In this document: in pieces, positions 61,591-64,000 of the stretch
Layout of the letters: each line of letters opens with the position of its first letter
How positions within the stretch are numbered: the first letter of the stretch is position 1
Source of the DNA: Azolla caroliniana
Taxonomy: Eukaryota > Plantae > Polypodiophyta
Direction: 5' to 3'
Length of the DNA: 64,000 nucleotides
Assembly (NCBI GenBank): GCA_043228905.1
Contig: JBHGNT010000016.1
Coordinates: 6,634,001 to 6,698,000 of the forward strand
Translations under genes and position numbers: made by a program
The notes under the pieces: generated by a model
The model's input: only the letters and a program-made list of their open reading frames with translations
What the model was told of the DNA's origin: nothing
Database searches by the model: none

Positions 61591-62115
61591 ATATCCTCCT
61601 CTATCCCTCACTTCTCTTTGTCTAAAAAAGGGACTCGACCAAACCACCAACAGTCTTCTTCAATAGAAAGATGAACACATATTAGCCTACGACTTAGTTG
61701 AAAGTTTATGTGGACTACTTCAACACATGCTTCATCTGTTGCATTTTAACACAAAAATAACCATGATGCTCCAACAACTCTTTTCTTCAACGTGTGTCGA
61801 CTTATCCTTATGCAAGCTAACCAAAAGCAGATCATTGAAGACCTATACAGCCAAAAATAGAATGAGTCTACTCTTCTCATCCCCTCATGAAATTATCTTC
61901 AACCCCAACATCATCATCTCGTATCCTTATCAAGAAATAGAAGATGTGCTTCTTTTTCCACATCCACCCTCTTGTCGAAGAACACCGAAGGCCTGTACCT
62001 ACAACAAACAACATGAATATAGTATCCACATTCCCTCCTGAAATATGCTTCAACCCCCGACACCATCTTCACTCGTCAAAAAATAGAAAAGTTGCTTCTT
62101 TTTCCCACATCCACA

Positions 62116-62192
<77 letters not shown>
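62116..62192. repeat. (CT)n microsatellite
   Basis: More than 30 CT units. Confidence 0.95.
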
Positions 62193-62195
<3 letters not shown>

Positions 62196-62458
62196 AAAGC
62201 TCTCTGTAAGTTCACTCCGGCCATCGTTTTCTACGTTCTATAGCTCGTTGGAAAGCTCTTTGAGAGAGCTTTCTAAAGAATGTTCATTTACTAAATTCCG
62301 TTACCGTGGCAAGAAGTTATGAGCATTTTCATCCGCAGCCATCTTTGCCCCACGGTTCCTCAAACGGAAGGTAGATTTTGAAGCCCTAAATCGAGTGAAA
62401 GGTACATTCTCTCTCCTTCCCTCTTTGTCTCTCTTTTCCCGTACGGTTTGTCCGTACA

Positions 62459-63328
62459 ATGGCAAATACTCGTAAAACCGCCGCAAAGTTTGGGGGTATG
62501 ATTGATAATGAGCCGAGATCACCAACAAATCTCGATTCTAATGCAATGGACAAAATGCTTATGAGTCACTTGATTTCTCTTCAAGAAACCATAAACAAGC
62601 AAGGTGAAGAGATTAGGATGTTAATGAAAGAGAATACTAAGCTCCAAAGTGTTGTCATTGAGAATGAAAGTCTTAAACAAGTGGTTGCAAAACTTCAAGA
62701 AGAGATTCAAGAATGTAAAAGAGCATCATTTGAAACAAATGAGCGCCTTAACAAGATTGAGTTAAAGGAAGTATTAAAAGAAGAAAAATTGGATACGATG
62801 AGGCGGGATGTAAGTGAGATGAAAAATGTATGTACAACGAAGTCATGGGCCGATGTATGTGGTGGGGATGTGTTATCAAACTCATCTAATATGCATGTGA
62901 TGCATCAAGAGAAGAATATAGAAAGCATAGATGTCCGAGAATTGAAAGAACGCGAACGACGATCAAAGAACATTGTCGTCCGTGGGATTAAAGAAGAGAG
63001 TATGGAAACACCCGCATCCCTTGGAAAGGCCATTGGTGAATTTTTTAGCATGCATTATGGGATGTCAGATGTGAATGTATATGGGGCACACCGAGTTGGG
63101 AAACATGGTGTTACTCGCTCCGGAGAAAGGCCTATTGTATGCACAATGACAGATGATACAAAGCGGCGGATCATACTCGAAAATAGTTGGGTATACCTCA
63201 AAGGTACACAATGCTTTGTGAGTGAAGATCGTACTATCTCACAACAAAATGCTCGTCGTAAAGCATATGAAGAAAGATTGAAAAACAAGGTTAAGGATGT
63301 GCCTAAAGATGGAAATGTAGGCAAATAG
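62459..63328 (+). CDS. LINE ORF1 protein (coiled coil plus RRM/CTD-like), 289 aa
   Basis: Heptad coiled coil, then ERERRSKNIVVRGI...AHRVGK...RPIVC...LKGT...VSEDRT, the pattern typical of LINE ORF1 proteins. Confidence 0.85.
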   Translation: MANTRKTAAKFGGMIDNEPRSPTNLDSNAMDKMLMSHLISLQETINKQGEEIRMLMKENTKLQSVVIENESLKQVVAKLQEEIQECKRASFETNERLNKIELKEVLKEEKLDTMRRDVSEMKNVCTTKSWADVCGGDVLSNSSNMHVMHQEKNIESIDVRELKERERRSKNIVVRGIKEESMETPASLGKAIGEFFSMHYGMSDVNVYGAHRVGKHGVTRSGERPIVCTMTDDTKRRIILENSWVYLKGTQCFVSEDRTISQQNARRKAYEERLKNKVKDVPKDGNVGK

Positions 63329-64000
63329 GGACACGTGATCTATGAGACTAACCCACGCCTTTTACGACTATGCTTTTGGAATTGCAATGGATACCCATGG
63401 AATGCGGGATTTGGCATAGAGGAGTTCACCAATGACTCGGATATCACACTTCTTGTTGAAACATGGGAGCATGATACTCAAAGGATTCAAGGTTTAGGAA
63501 ACTATAATGTACACTCTTTGATATGGAAGAAAAATCCAAGACAAAGAAGAGGACAAGGAGGGGTGGCATGTTTGATTAAGAAGGAAATAGAGAAATATGT
63601 GTCAATCATAAAAAATGATGAAAATAAAGGCTACATATGGCTCAAAATAGAAACACCTAATGATTTGCCCACTTTTGTTGTTGGATGTTACATTCCTCAT
63701 CAAGATTCTAACTTTTATGCTTGTTTGGATAAAGATCAACCGTTTGCCAATCTAGAAGATGATATTGCTTATTTCAAATCCAAAGGGGAAGTTATTGTCT
63801 TTGGTGACATGAATGCTCGTACAAGAAGTTTCCAACTTGATTCACAAGAATCTTTCATGCCACATATCTCAAGGATGCAAGAGGATATGCAAATGTATAA
63901 CCGCTCTTCTAGCGATGAAAAAGATCCGGACCAATTTGGGAAACTACTCCTACAAATGTGCAATAGTACCGGATTGCTTATTGCAAATGGTATTTCCTTA
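63329..64000 (+). CDS. LINE ORF2 N-terminus (APE endonuclease), partial
   Basis: Open frame from 63329 to the window end: LCFWNCNG, LLVETW, RGQGGVACLI, GCYIP, FGDMNART, FGKLLLQMCNSTGLLIANG. Confidence 0.85.

Larger units (their letters stand above)
62193..64000 (+). mobile_element. Non-LTR retrotransposon (RTE-X-like) 5' half, apparently intact; runs off the window end
   Basis: ORF1 with coiled coil and RRM-like region, followed by an open APE endonuclease frame. The 5' boundary is uncertain. Confidence 0.8.

Overview
This is plant nuclear DNA, most likely from a fern. That is inferred from the style of a PLS-PPR remnant, a Tcn1-type chromovirus and RTE-X-like LINEs. Most of the window is nested transposable elements. 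One intact host gene is present: a 4-exon M1 aminopeptidase (leukotriene-A4-hydrolase homolog) at 15439-18351. There are three host-gene fragments: UBP12/13 exons, a GRX-family N-terminus inside a hAT element, and a PPR remnant. The TEs include three copies of a tRNA-Trp-primed Ty3/gypsy-like family with a D-H-G protease motif, several Copia pieces with conserved terminal hairpins, a self-priming chromovirus, a young gag-only LTR element, an L1, two RTE-X-like LINEs and an intact hAT transposase. The most notable signals are three putative translational recoding sites (G_GAU_UUU -1 frameshift; G_UUA_AAC plus stem-loop; in-frame UAG-GGA between LINE ORF1 and an AUG-less ORF2), tRNA-like A/B boxes inside an LTR, and gene capture in the leader intron of a hAT transposase. 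All calls were made by eye without database searches.
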